A stretch of 64,000 bases of DNA, taken from assembly GCA_947652925.1 (NCBI GenBank), contig CANTEW010000009.1, positions 206 to 64,205 of the forward strand, read 5' to 3'. The notes beneath the pieces were generated by a model, which did no database searches, had not been told where the DNA came from, and saw only the letters and a list, made by a program, of their open reading frames with translations. This DNA comes from an uncultured Lachnospiraceae bacterium. GTDB taxonomy: Bacteria > Bacillota > Clostridia > Lachnospirales > Lachnospiraceae. The translations under genes were made by a program, and so were the position numbers. Of this stretch, positions 18,091 through 27,940 are shown piece after piece (the stretch's first letter is position 1; every line of letters begins with the position of its first letter).

Positions 18091-19419
18091 TCAATAATGG
18101 TATTTGGCGCGTTTTCCGATCATGAATAAGATCGTCACCACTGCAGCCATCAGTTCTGCCGCCACGATCGACATCCAGATACCATCGATCCCCCAGATGA
18201 GCGGAAAGACCAAAACAGCAGTCACCTGGAAGACCAATGTACGCAAAAACGAGATCAGGGCAGAGACCAGCCCGTTTCCCAGAGCTGTGAAAAAGGAGGA
18301 GCCGAAAACGGCTATGCCAGCAAACAGGAACGAAAAAGAGTAGATCCGAAAACCCTGCCGGGTCAGCGCAAAGAGGGACGGATCGTACCCCACGAATATC
18401 ATTGAGAGCGGCTGTGCCAGCAGTTCGGCCAGGCACAGCATGGCCACGGAAAAGCAGGCGATGATCGTCAGGCTTTTTTTACGGAGGTTTCGTAATTCCA
18501 CATGGTCGGCCGCGCCGAAATGATATCCGATCACAGGCGCACAGCCCACGGAATATCCGATGAAAGCGGCCAGGAAGACAAGGTTCACATACATCAGGAC
18601 TCCGTAAGCGGCCACCCCATCTTCGCCTGCGTACCGGATGAGCTGTACATTGTATAACATGCTGACCAGGGACATGGATACATTGGACATCAATTCGGAT
18701 GAGCCGTTCGTACAGGCTTTCAGCAGAGCTTTTCCGTCAAATCTGGTCTTTGTCAGGCGTAAGATGCTGCTGTTGGGGCGGGCAAAATACAACAGGGGGA
18801 TGATGCCGCCCACTGCCTGGCTCAGCGCCGTCGCCGCAGCCGCACCCGTCAGCCCCCATCTGAACACGGCTACAAAGAGGGCGTCCAGGACCATATTTGT
18901 GACGCCGGCCGCTATGGTGACAGCAAGCCCTAATTGGGGTTTTTCCGCTGTGGCAAAATAGCTTTGGAACTCAAATTGCAGCATAAACGCGGGCAGCGCC
19001 AGCAGGACGATCCGTCCGTAAGACACACACTGGTCTAGCATGGCTCCTTCCGCCCCCAGAAGGGAGGCGATGGGACGGATAAAAACGATGCCAAATACGG
19101 CGATCAGGATACCGAGTACCCCCGATACATAAACAAACAGCGAGAATAGACGGTCTGCCCTCTCCCGGTCGCCGGTGCCGACGGTGAACGCGATGAGCGC
19201 ACTCCCGCCCGTACCGAACATAAAACCCACGGCGCCCAGGATCATCAGGAAGGGCATGATAAAATTCACGGCGGCAAAAGGCGTTTTACCCACGAAATTG
19301 GAAACAAAAAAACCATCAACAACGCCATAGATGGAAGTAAAGATCATCATGACGATGGAAGGCAGTGTGAAGCGCAGCAATTTTCTATAGTCAAAATGAT
19401 CGGATAATTGGATCTTCAT
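18091..19419 (-). CDS. MATE-family efflux transporter
   Basis: 442 aa with about 12 hydrophobic segments. The N-terminus (LLRFTLPSIVMMIFTSIYGVVDGFFVSNFVGKTPFAAVN) is typical of MATE/NorM-like proteins. Confidence 0.85.
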   Translation of the reverse strand: MKIQLSDHFDYRKLLRFTLPSIVMMIFTSIYGVVDGFFVSNFVGKTPFAAVNFIMPFLMILGAVGFMFGTGGSALIAFTVGTGDRERADRLFSLFVYVSGVLGILIAVFGIVFIRPIASLLGAEGAMLDQCVSYGRIVLLALPAFMLQFEFQSYFATAEKPQLGLAVTIAAGVTNMVLDALFVAVFRWGLTGAAAATALSQAVGGIIPLLYFARPNSSILRLTKTRFDGKALLKACTNGSSELMSNVSMSLVSMLYNVQLIRYAGEDGVAAYGVLMYVNLVFLAAFIGYSVGCAPVIGYHFGAADHVELRNLRKKSLTIIACFSVAMLCLAELLAQPLSMIFVGYDPSLFALTRQGFRIYSFSFLFAGIAVFGSSFFTALGNGLVSALISFLRTLVFQVTAVLVFPLIWGIDGIWMSIVAAELMAAVVTILFMIGKRAKYHY

Positions 19420-19460
19420 TTTTTTCTATCTCCTTTCTATGAGATCTCTCAGTCAGGCGA

Positions 19461-19901
19461 TCACCTGAGGTCTTTTATCTTTTCACGAAAATGATCCAGA
19501 TACTTTTGGGTCAGCTCCAGATACATCTCTCGTTCTTTTTTCGGCCAGGAAGAGAAGATATCATTCTCGATCCCTATCAGGCGGACAGCCGTGTGATCCG
19601 CCAGGTCCATGCCCTTCTCCGTGAGGCATACCCGTTTCTTTTTGCCGTCGAAAGTCTCAAGGAACACGACACCGTCTGCTTCCAATCTGCGCAGGGCAGA
19701 ATTGATCGTCTGCTTGCTGACGCCGGACAATCTGTTGATGTCGCTCAACAGACAGCTGCTGCCGAAGGTGCAGATCGTATAGAGGATCATCAGCGCGCTG
19801 TCAGACAGGCCCAGCCGTCGGGCAGCCTCGTGGTAGGCAGCGTCGATCTCCTTTGTCAGGTGATCAAAACGTTTTAAAGGTGTTGTCATCAGATCTTTCA
19901 T
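19461..19901 (-). CDS. MarR-family transcriptional regulator (operon with the MATE pump)
   Basis: 146 aa with a winged HTH (CLLSDINRLSGVSKQTINSALRRLEADGVVFLE...DGKKKRVCLTEKG). Confidence 0.8.
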   Translation of the reverse strand: MKDLMTTPLKRFDHLTKEIDAAYHEAARRLGLSDSALMILYTICTFGSSCLLSDINRLSGVSKQTINSALRRLEADGVVFLETFDGKKKRVCLTEKGMDLADHTAVRLIGIENDIFSSWPKKEREMYLELTQKYLDHFREKIKDLR

Positions 19902-20048
19902 ATTTATGGTACAGCTCCTTTACAAGATAGATCATATTATAGTATGATTTCGTACGAAAAGTCAACAAAAAATTCTATCAAAGTGCTATATCTTCCAAAG
20001 TAAGTGTGTTATAATATCCAAAGTAAAAGTACGAAGGAGGTGATCTTG

Positions 20049-21038
20049 ATGAAAGATTTTGGAGCGATCGTAGGACACGAACAGATCATCAACCATATGA
20101 AAAATTCCATCCAGCAGGATAAAGTCTCCCATGCCTATGTATTGGTAGGGGAGGCGGGCGCCGGAAAAAAGACGCTGGCCAATGTCTATGCCATGGCTCT
20201 CCAGTGTGAGCAAGGCGGCGCCGTTCCGTGCAAGATCTGTGATTCCTGTAAGAAAGCCAACAGTAAGAATCATCCGGATATCATATATGTTGAACACGAA
20301 AAGAGTGCATCCATCGGAGTGGATGAGGTCCGCGCGCAGGTCGTCGATGATGTGGCGATCCGACCATACAACGGGCGGTATAAGATCTACATCATCAGCG
20401 ATGCGGATAAGATGACCCCGCAGGCGCAGAATGCCATATTGAAGACCATAGAGGAACCGCCGGAGTACGCGGTGTTCTTACTGCTCACCACCAATGTGGA
20501 TGCGCTCCTGCCCACGATCCGTTCCCGGTGTGTGCGGCTGGATGTGCGGCCGGTGAGCGATGCTCTGGTGAAACAGTATCTGGTGGAGAATATGCATGTG
20601 CCTGAACATGAAGCAGGATTGGGGACGGCTTTTGCACAGGGGAATATCGGTAAAGCGGAAAAGGCGGCGGATACTTCTTATTTTGATGAGATGGCGCAGA
20701 AGGTCTTATATATATTGAAGTATGCGTCAAAGATGGAAGTCCATGAATGGTTGGAGGCCCTGAAGAATATATCGGAGGGGAAGCAGGACATCTATGACCA
20801 GCTGGATATCGTCCAGGTCTGGTTCAGGGATGTGCTGATGTTCAAGGCGACCCGTGAAGTGGACAACCTGGTATTTAAACGGGAAATTAATTCTATCAAA
20901 GAGCAGGCCAGCCAGCGTTCTTACGAAGGTATAGAGAATATCATCGACGCTGCAGACAAGGCGAAGGTCCGGCTGCAGGCAAATGTTAATTTTGACCTGG
21001 CCATGGAATTGCTGTTCTTGACGATCAGGGAGAAATAG
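20049..21038 (+). CDS. holB: DNA polymerase III delta' subunit
   Basis: ATG 20049 follows AGGAGG. It has HAYVLVGEAGAGKKTLA (a Walker-A-like motif), the Zn module CKICDSCKK, and PEYAVFLLLTTN...LPTIRSRC (SRC motif). Confidence 0.85.
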   Translation: MKDFGAIVGHEQIINHMKNSIQQDKVSHAYVLVGEAGAGKKTLANVYAMALQCEQGGAVPCKICDSCKKANSKNHPDIIYVEHEKSASIGVDEVRAQVVDDVAIRPYNGRYKIYIISDADKMTPQAQNAILKTIEEPPEYAVFLLLTTNVDALLPTIRSRCVRLDVRPVSDALVKQYLVENMHVPEHEAGLGTAFAQGNIGKAEKAADTSYFDEMAQKVLYILKYASKMEVHEWLEALKNISEGKQDIYDQLDIVQVWFRDVLMFKATREVDNLVFKREINSIKEQASQRSYEGIENIIDAADKAKVRLQANVNFDLAMELLFLTIREK

Positions 21039-21039
21039 G

Positions 21040-21942
21040 ATGGTAGAAGTGATCGGAGTGAGATTCCGGAATGTGGGCAAGATCTATTATTTTGGCCCCA
21101 AAGATTATGAGATCCACGTGGGAGACCATGTGATCGTGGAGACAGCCAGGGGCGTGGAGTATGGATATGTTGTCCTGGCACCTCGGGAAGTGGAGGACAA
21201 GACCGTCGTGCAGCCGTTAAAAGATGTGCTGCGCATCGCTTCCCAGGAAGATGAAGAGCGGGAGCTCAAGAACCGGGAAAAAGAGAAAGAAGCGTTCCAG
21301 ATATGCCTGGAGAAGATCAAAGAACACAAACTGGAGATGAAACTGATCGATGTGGAGTACACTTTTGACAACAACAAAGTACTGTTTTATTTCACAGCAG
21401 ACGGGCGGGTGGATTTCAGGGCGTTGGTGAAAGACTTGGCAGCAGTGTTCAGGACACGGATCGAACTCAGGCAGATCGGCGTGCGGGATGAGACGAAGAT
21501 CTTGGGCGGCATCGGGATCTGCGGGCGGCCTCTCTGTTGCCATACCTATCTTACAGAATTTGCCCCGGTATCCATCAAGATGGCCAAGGAGCAGAATCTA
21601 TCCCTGAACCAGACAAAGATATCAGGCGCGTGCGGGCGGCTGATGTGCTGCCTGAAGAACGAGCAGGAGACTTATGAAGAGCTGAACAAAAAACTCCCGG
21701 GCATCGGGGATACGGTGACTACGAAAGAAGGGCTCCAGGGAAAAGTCCACAGTGTCAGCGTCCTGCGCCAATATGTGCGCGTGCTGGTGGAAGTGAACGA
21801 TGAAAAAGAGATGCGGGATTATAAGGCGGAAGAATTGAGATTCCGTCCCAGGAAGAAAAGGATGAAATTGTCGGAAGAAGAATTCCGGGAACTGAAGGCG
21901 TTGGAAGACAAAGGAGGGCAGTCCAGTTTTGACAAAGAGTAG
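21040..21942 (+). CDS. ricT: PSP1-domain protein RicT/YaaT (stage 0 sporulation / RNase Y regulator)
   Basis: The N-terminus is VIGVRFRNVGKIYYF...GDHVIVETARGVEYG. It has the Cys cluster CGRPLCCHTYL...GACGRLMCCL and sits after holB as in Bacillus. Confidence 0.85.
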   Translation: MVEVIGVRFRNVGKIYYFGPKDYEIHVGDHVIVETARGVEYGYVVLAPREVEDKTVVQPLKDVLRIASQEDEERELKNREKEKEAFQICLEKIKEHKLEMKLIDVEYTFDNNKVLFYFTADGRVDFRALVKDLAAVFRTRIELRQIGVRDETKILGGIGICGRPLCCHTYLTEFAPVSIKMAKEQNLSLNQTKISGACGRLMCCLKNEQETYEELNKKLPGIGDTVTTKEGLQGKVHSVSVLRQYVRVLVEVNDEKEMRDYKAEELRFRPRKKRMKLSEEEFRELKALEDKGGQSSFDKE

Positions 21943-22702
21943 CCTACTGCCAAATGAACGGCTGGATGACCTGCAGAACGGCTATGAGATCATCCAGGAT
22001 CCGGATAAATTCTGTTTTGGCGCGGATGCTGTGCTCCTGTCCTGGTATACCCGGGCGCAGACCCACGAGAGGATCTTGGACATGGGCTGCGGGACAGGGA
22101 TCATCCCGATACTTTTGCGGGCGAGGAAAAAAGGGAGTCATGTGGTGGGGCTGGAGATCCAGGAGGATTGCGCGCAGCTGGCCAGGAGGAGCGTTATCCA
22201 CAACCAGCTGGAAGAAGAGATCACGATCGTGACAGGTGATATCAAAGAAGCTTCTGCCATATTTGGAGGGGCTTCTTTTGACGTTGTCACCTGTAACCCT
22301 CCATACATGATCGATCAGCATGGGCTGAAGAATGCCCGCGCTGAGAAAGCCATCGCCCGCCATGAGATCCTGTGCAGCCTTCAGGATGTGGTCAGCCAGG
22401 CGGCCAGCCTGTTGAGACCCAGAGGGCGGTTCTATATGATCCACCGTCCTTTTAGACTGGGAGAGATCCTGCCCCGGATGGTAGGTGTGGGTCTGGAACC
22501 AAAGAGGATGCGCCTGGTCTATCCATATGTGGATAAAGAGCCCAATATGGTGCTTCTGGAAGGTATCCTGGGAGGCAGGCCCAGGATGACAGTGGAAAGA
22601 CCGCTCATACTCTATAAAGAGCCAGGCATATATACGCAGGAAGCGTTGGACATCTATTACGGTGAAGATCCCGGCAAGAGGCAGCATGATGGGCAGGCTT
22701 GA
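21929..22702 (+). CDS. SAM-dependent N6-adenine methyltransferase (tRNA1-Val m6A37 TrmN6/YfiC-like)
   Basis: ILDMGCGTGIIP (SAM motif I) and VTCNPPYM (NPPY motif IV). The TTG start overlaps the ricT end. Confidence 0.75.
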   Translation: MTKSSLLPNERLDDLQNGYEIIQDPDKFCFGADAVLLSWYTRAQTHERILDMGCGTGIIPILLRARKKGSHVVGLEIQEDCAQLARRSVIHNQLEEEITIVTGDIKEASAIFGGASFDVVTCNPPYMIDQHGLKNARAEKAIARHEILCSLQDVVSQAASLLRPRGRFYMIHRPFRLGEILPRMVGVGLEPKRMRLVYPYVDKEPNMVLLEGILGGRPRMTVERPLILYKEPGIYTQEALDIYYGEDPGKRQHDGQA

Positions 22703-22706
22703 CTGC

Positions 22707-23594
22707 ATGGAGAGAGATGGATCTGTAGAAAAGGGGGAGTCGATCTTGGGGACTTTATATCTGTGTGCTACACCTATCGGTAATCTGGAAGATATCACAC
22801 TGCGTGTCCTGCGCATCTTAAAAGAGGTGGATCTGATCGCGGCGGAGGACACTCGGAACAGTATCAAACTCTTGGACCGCTATGATATCCATACGCCCAT
22901 GACCAGTTACCATGAACATAATAAGATAAAAAAAGGACATATATTGGTGGAAAAACTGCAGCAGGGACTGGATGTGGCGCTGATTACGGACGCAGGTACG
23001 CCGGGTATCTCCGATCCTGGAGAAGAATTGGTCAATATGTGTCATGAGAAGGGGATAGAGGTGACAGCCCTGCCCGGTGCGGCGGCCTGTATCATGGGCC
23101 TGACTCTGTCGGGACTGCCCACCCGTAACTTTGTATTCGAAGGTTTTCTGCCCATGGAGACAAAAAAAAGGAGAGAGGTGCTGGAGGGGCTCACTCGGGA
23201 GACAAGGACGATCCTCCTCTATGAAGCGCCCCATCGTCTGGTCCGGACCCTGGAGGAACTGGTGCAGTCGCTAGGCGGGAAAAGGAAAGCCGTGTTGTGC
23301 CGTGAACTGACCAAACGGCATGAGTCCGTCCTACGTCTGGATCTGGAGGGACTGCTGGCACGGGCAAGAGAGCAGGAGCCAAGGGGAGAATGTGTGCTGG
23401 TGATCCAGGGCAGGGACAGGCGGGAATTGAGAGCGGAGGAACAGGCCCAGTGGGAGGCGTTGAGTCTGAAAGAACATATGGAGCGTTATGAGGGACAAGG
23501 CTGTACCAGAAAAGATGCCATGAAACAAGTGGCCAGGGACAGAGGACTGGGGAAACGGGAAGTATACCGTCTGCTTTTAGAAGGAGAGGAGTGA
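22707..23594 (+). CDS. rsmI: 16S rRNA (cytidine1402-2'-O)-methyltransferase
   Basis: GTLYLCATPIGNLEDITLRVLRILKEVDLIAAEDTR and the tetrapyrrole-methylase fold motifs (DAGTPGISDPG). The start could be 22686-22707. Confidence 0.85.
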   Translation: MERDGSVEKGESILGTLYLCATPIGNLEDITLRVLRILKEVDLIAAEDTRNSIKLLDRYDIHTPMTSYHEHNKIKKGHILVEKLQQGLDVALITDAGTPGISDPGEELVNMCHEKGIEVTALPGAAACIMGLTLSGLPTRNFVFEGFLPMETKKRREVLEGLTRETRTILLYEAPHRLVRTLEELVQSLGGKRKAVLCRELTKRHESVLRLDLEGLLARAREQEPRGECVLVIQGRDRRELRAEEQAQWEALSLKEHMERYEGQGCTRKDAMKQVARDRGLGKREVYRLLLEGEE

Positions 23595-24748
23595 TGTGGA
23601 TGGAACTTAGTAAAGAAACGATCCGAAAACTGCGGCGGCTGATCGTGTTCACGGCTTTAGTCGTGGTGGCCTTTATCAATTACAGACTGATCTTCCAGGT
23701 ATTGGTCTTTTGCTGGAATATCATCGTTCCTTTTGTACTGGGAGGGGCGATGGCGTTTATCATCAATGCGCCCATGCAGTTTTTTGAGCGCAATCTCTTT
23801 CTGGAGAGGAAATACAGCGGGAAACCTTTGGCGGTAAAGGCGGCAAGGCCATGCAGCCTGCTCCTTTCTCTGGCCGCGGTGGTGGGGATCTTGCTCATCG
23901 TGGTCTTCGTCGTTGCACCAGAACTGGCAAACACCTTTGTCTCTCTGGGAAAGAGCATCCAGGTCTTCATCCCCCAGTTGCAGGAATGGGCGGAGCGGAT
24001 GTTCCAGGATAACCCGGATATCGTAGGATGGATCAGCGAGCTGGATTTTGACTGGGACAAGATGATCCAGACAGGGGTGGAATTCCTGCGCAATGGCGCG
24101 GGGAATGTGCTGAATTCTACCTTTGTAGTTGCAAAGACTGTGGTCAGCGCTCTGGCAAATTTCTTTATCGGGTTTGTTTTTGCCTGCTATATCCTTTTGC
24201 AGAAAGAGAAACTCTCTGCGCAGGTGGTAAAAGTCTTTTACGCCTTTTTGCCGGAAAAAACAGTGGAGACTATCCTGGCTGTGTGTACATTGACAAATAG
24301 AGTGTTCAAAAACTTTCTGACCGGGCAGTGTCTGGAGGCGGTCATATTGGGGACGATGTTTTTTGTTGCTATGTGGCTGTTCAAGTTCCCCTATGCATTG
24401 TTGGTGGGGATACTGATCGCGTTTACAGCGTTGATCCCCATATTCGGGGCTTTTATCGGATGTGTGATCGGTACTTTTCTGATCTTGATGGTCAGTCCGG
24501 TGAAAGCGCTGTTGTTCGTGGTCTTGTTCCTTATCCTGCAGCAGGTGGAGGGGAACCTGATCTATCCCCATGTAGTGGGCGGCTCGGTGGGGCTCCCTTC
24601 CATTTGGGTGCTGATGGCCGTGACTGTGGGCGGCAGTCTGATGGGCGTGGTGGGGATGCTGGTCTTTATCCCGATCACATCTGTCCTCTATACATTGTTC
24701 CGAGGGGCTGTGTACGACCGTTTAAAGAAGAAACGGATCCGGATCTGA
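23594..24748 (+). CDS. AI-2E family transporter (PerM/UPF0118-like permease)
   Basis: About 384 aa with 7-8 TM segments and the conserved C-terminal part (LILQQVEGNLIYPHVVGGSVGLPSIWVL). Confidence 0.8.
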   Translation: MWMELSKETIRKLRRLIVFTALVVVAFINYRLIFQVLVFCWNIIVPFVLGGAMAFIINAPMQFFERNLFLERKYSGKPLAVKAARPCSLLLSLAAVVGILLIVVFVVAPELANTFVSLGKSIQVFIPQLQEWAERMFQDNPDIVGWISELDFDWDKMIQTGVEFLRNGAGNVLNSTFVVAKTVVSALANFFIGFVFACYILLQKEKLSAQVVKVFYAFLPEKTVETILAVCTLTNRVFKNFLTGQCLEAVILGTMFFVAMWLFKFPYALLVGILIAFTALIPIFGAFIGCVIGTFLILMVSPVKALLFVVLFLILQQVEGNLIYPHVVGGSVGLPSIWVLMAVTVGGSLMGVVGMLVFIPITSVLYTLFRGAVYDRLKKKRIRI

Positions 24749-24833
24749 CATGGACAATGGATATTTCTCTCTGAAATGGGTATCTTATTATGGAAAAAAA
24801 GCTTTCACATTAGTATGATACACAGGAGGAGAT

Positions 24834-25745
24834 ATGATGCAGATGGATTATAGGATCCGGACAGACCTGGCCCTGGAGACAAAAGAGCGTTTTGAAGAAG
24901 ATAACGTGGAAGTGAGCGGAGTGGTGATCGAAGGATCGTATGATGAAGAGCGGGATATCCGTACCACCCTGGTGAAGATCGAGACGGAAAAAGGCGCGAA
25001 GGCGATGGGGAAGCCCCAGGGCACGTATATCACCATGGAAGCGCCGAATATGTCTGTGCCGGATCAGGACTACCATCGGGAGATCTCAAAGGAACTGGCC
25101 AAACATCTGCGCAAACTGGCCTCACTTGACAAAGAAAAGTCTGTGCTTGTGGTGGGTCTTGGGAACAGGGAGGTGACGCCCGATGCACTGGGTCCCAATG
25201 TGATCGAAAATCTCCACATCACCCGCCATGTCCTGCGGGAATATGGGACCCTGGGTATGGGTGAGGACCGCGCCCATGCGGTCAGCGGCATCGTGCCGGG
25301 GGTCATGGCCCAGACTGGGATGGAGACGCTGGAGATCATCCAGGGGGTCGTGGATGAGACGAGACCGGATGTGGTGATCGCCGTGGACGCACTGGCTGCC
25401 CGGAGTACCAAGCGTCTGAGCCGCACGATCCAGATCACAGATACAGGGATCGATCCGGGTTCCGGTGTGGGGAATCATCGGGATGGATTGAATGCGGAGA
25501 CACTGGGTGTCCCGGTGATCGGTATCGGTATCCCTACTGTGGTGGATGCGGCGACGATCGTCCATGACGCAATGGCGCATCTTCTGGATGCTCTGGAAGA
25601 GCAGGAGAGGAAAGAATTTCTGGAAGAGATGATCTCGCCCCATCTGCACACGATGTTTGTCACCCCGAAAGATGTGGATGAGACGGTCAAACGGCTCGGG
25701 TTTACGATCTCGGAAGGATTGAATATCGCTTTGGAATATGTGTAG
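24834..25745 (+). CDS. gpr: Germination protease (GPR endopeptidase)
   Basis: The N-terminus has IRTDLALE. VLVVGLGNREVTPDALGP and ITDTGIDPGSGVGN are motifs typical of GPR. It is followed by spoIIP as in Bacillus. Confidence 0.9.
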   Translation: MMQMDYRIRTDLALETKERFEEDNVEVSGVVIEGSYDEERDIRTTLVKIETEKGAKAMGKPQGTYITMEAPNMSVPDQDYHREISKELAKHLRKLASLDKEKSVLVVGLGNREVTPDALGPNVIENLHITRHVLREYGTLGMGEDRAHAVSGIVPGVMAQTGMETLEIIQGVVDETRPDVVIAVDALAARSTKRLSRTIQITDTGIDPGSGVGNHRDGLNAETLGVPVIGIGIPTVVDAATIVHDAMAHLLDALEEQERKEFLEEMISPHLHTMFVTPKDVDETVKRLGFTISEGLNIALEYV

Positions 25746-25778
25746 GGTCTTGAGAAAGTAGATAAGGTACGCCGCAGG

Positions 25779-25822
25779 AGAGGGGGATATCAGTAAACGG
25801 GGATATCCTCCTCTTTCTGTCC
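25779..25822 (+). terminator. Rho-independent terminator after gpr
   Basis: 25779-25791 pairs with 25802-25814 (13 bp including one G-U, 10-nt loop), followed by T-rich TTCTGTCCTTCCTTT. Confidence 0.6.
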
Positions 25823-25830
25823 TTCCTTTG

Positions 25831-25890
25831 GGGCGTGTTTGAAAAACGCTTTAGGACTTTCATAGTATATTCCCCGGAGTTGCCTCATAT
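25831..25890 (+). repeat. Truncated copy (left ~60 bp) of the MITE-like element defined at 42641..42803
   Basis: GGGCGTGTTTGAAAAACGCTTTAGG...CCGGAGTTGCCTCATAT aligns with GAGTGTGTTTGAAAAATGCTTTATG...GGGAGATTTGCCTCGAAT of the full copy. Confidence 0.55.
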
Positions 25891-25910
25891 AACAACTATG
25901 GGGTGATCAG

Positions 25911-27119
25911 TTGACTAATTGGCAGAAATTTGTTTGTATATTGCTGTGTCTATGCATGATCGGCATGCTTTTTATATATATTCCTGGATTTTACCCCAGG
26001 GGATCTTTCTTTAAGGGATCATATCCTGCCGCGGAACAGGAGCCTGGAATGGTGGATAAGCTATTCCACCAATTCCCTGTCTACGGTTATATGAAAAATC
26101 AGGCGATATATGAGCCGACTATTGAAGATGAGTATACATATGACAAGATCATAGAGGCCAACGCAAAATATCTCCAGGAACAGGTGGAGGGTGAAAACCA
26201 GCTGGCCCAGGAAAAAGAAGACGGCACGGGAGAAGAGAAAGAGAAGGCAAGATCCAAGGGAGAAAAAGACCAGGGGTCAGAAAAAGCGGATACAGTCTCC
26301 GGGGATGAGAAGAGCGCTCCGGCCGCGGCTGAGCCCCAGGTGGAGATCACACGGGAGCAGCTGGAAGACTATGACTATCTTCTGGGGAATTTTTTTATCG
26401 TGGACAGTACGACAGCGGTGGACCAGACGCGTATCAACGCACCGGGACTCCTGGATCTGGATATGACTCTGGAAAAAGATCCAAGCGTACCGCAGATACT
26501 GATCTATCATACCCATTCCCAGGAAGGGTTTGCCGACTCAAGAGAGGGCGTCCAGGAGGATACAGTGGTGGGAGTGGGCGACTACCTGACAGAGATCTTA
26601 CAGGATCGATATGGATACAATGTGATCCACGACACAGGTACATATGACGTGGTGGATGGGCAGATAGACAGGAACAGCGCTTATGACTATTCTATGGCGG
26701 CAGTGGAACAGATCTTGTCAGAAGATCCTTCCATCGAGGTCGTCATCGACCTGCACCGGGACGGGGTGGCTGAAGACCGCCGGCTGGTGACGGAGATCGA
26801 TGGGAAGCCAACGGCAAATTTTATGTTTTTCAACGGCCTGAGCTATAGTGCCCTCAACGGGGACGTGGCGTATCTGCCCAATCCTTATATACAGGAGAAT
26901 CTGGCGTTTTCCTTTCAGCTCAATCTGCAGGCGGCACAGTTCTATCCGGGATTGAGCCGGAATATCTACCTGTCCAGCCTGCGGTATAACCTCCATCTGC
27001 GTCCACGGGCGCTCCTGTTGGAAGTAGGCGCGCAGACAAACACCATTCAGGAAGTAAAAAACGCTATGGATCCTTTTGCGCAGATCCTGGATCAGGTCTT
27101 ACAGGGGGCGGTCGGATGA
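25911..27119 (+). CDS. spoIIP: Stage II sporulation protein P
   Basis: N-terminal TM segment, an acidic/Lys-rich linker, then the SpoIIP amidase-like core (ILIYHTHSQEGF ... VVIDLHRDG). Confidence 0.85.
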   Translation: MTNWQKFVCILLCLCMIGMLFIYIPGFYPRGSFFKGSYPAAEQEPGMVDKLFHQFPVYGYMKNQAIYEPTIEDEYTYDKIIEANAKYLQEQVEGENQLAQEKEDGTGEEKEKARSKGEKDQGSEKADTVSGDEKSAPAAAEPQVEITREQLEDYDYLLGNFFIVDSTTAVDQTRINAPGLLDLDMTLEKDPSVPQILIYHTHSQEGFADSREGVQEDTVVGVGDYLTEILQDRYGYNVIHDTGTYDVVDGQIDRNSAYDYSMAAVEQILSEDPSIEVVIDLHRDGVAEDRRLVTEIDGKPTANFMFFNGLSYSALNGDVAYLPNPYIQENLAFSFQLNLQAAQFYPGLSRNIYLSSLRYNLHLRPRALLLEVGAQTNTIQEVKNAMDPFAQILDQVLQGAVG

Positions 27120-27228
27120 GAACGTCCCTTATTAAGAAAATCTTAATAAAATCCCAACCATGTTTTTAAAGAACAGGTGTTATCCTGTTAAGCAAGTCAA
27201 GAGTTTATAAAAGAAAGGGGGGAGTCTT

Positions 27229-27924
27229 ATGGCGGGGATCCTGGTATGTGATGACGATCAGGAGATCGTGGAGGCCATCGAGATCTATCTCAGACAGGAA
27301 GGATATGAAGTATATCAGGCCCATGACGGCATGGAAGCGCTGAAGATCATCAAGGAGCAGGAGGTGCAGTTGATCATCATGGACATCATGATGCCAAAAC
27401 TGGACGGTATAAGGGCCACGCTGAAGATCCGTGAGCAGAATACAGTCCCGATCATCATCCTGTCTGCTAAGTCGGAAGATGCGGACAAGATCTTAGGATT
27501 AAATATCGGGGCGGATGATTATCTAACGAAACCCTTCAACCCGCTGGAATTGGTAGCGAGGGTAAGATCCCAGATCCGCCGGTATACCAAGCTGGGCGGC
27601 AGCCCGGACTTATCCAGGGCGGGCATCTATGGGACAGGCGGTCTGTTGATAGATGATGACAGAAAAGAGGTGACTGTGGACGGGCAGCCGATCCGTCTGA
27701 CACCGATCGAGTATCAGATCCTCCTGCTGCTCATGAAGAATAAAGGGAGGGTCTTTTCTACCAGCCAGATCTATGAATATATCTGGAAAGAGGATGCCAT
27801 CGGCGCAGAAAATACAGTGGCCGTACATATCAGGCATATACGCGAGAAGATCGAGATTGACCCCAAGGAGCCGCGGTATCTGAAAGTGGTCTGGGGTGTG
27901 GGCTACAAAGTGGAAGTTTTATGA
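27229..27924 (+). CDS. OmpR-family response regulator
   Basis: A receiver domain (ILVCDDDQ...LIIMDIMMPKLDG...LSAKSE) plus a winged-helix output (LTPIEYQILLLLMKNKGRVFS...VWGVGYKV). Confidence 0.9.
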   Translation: MAGILVCDDDQEIVEAIEIYLRQEGYEVYQAHDGMEALKIIKEQEVQLIIMDIMMPKLDGIRATLKIREQNTVPIIILSAKSEDADKILGLNIGADDYLTKPFNPLELVARVRSQIRRYTKLGGSPDLSRAGIYGTGGLLIDDDRKEVTVDGQPIRLTPIEYQILLLLMKNKGRVFSTSQIYEYIWKEDAIGAENTVAVHIRHIREKIEIDPKEPRYLKVVWGVGYKVEVL

Positions 27925-27940
27925 GAAGAGGATGTTATTT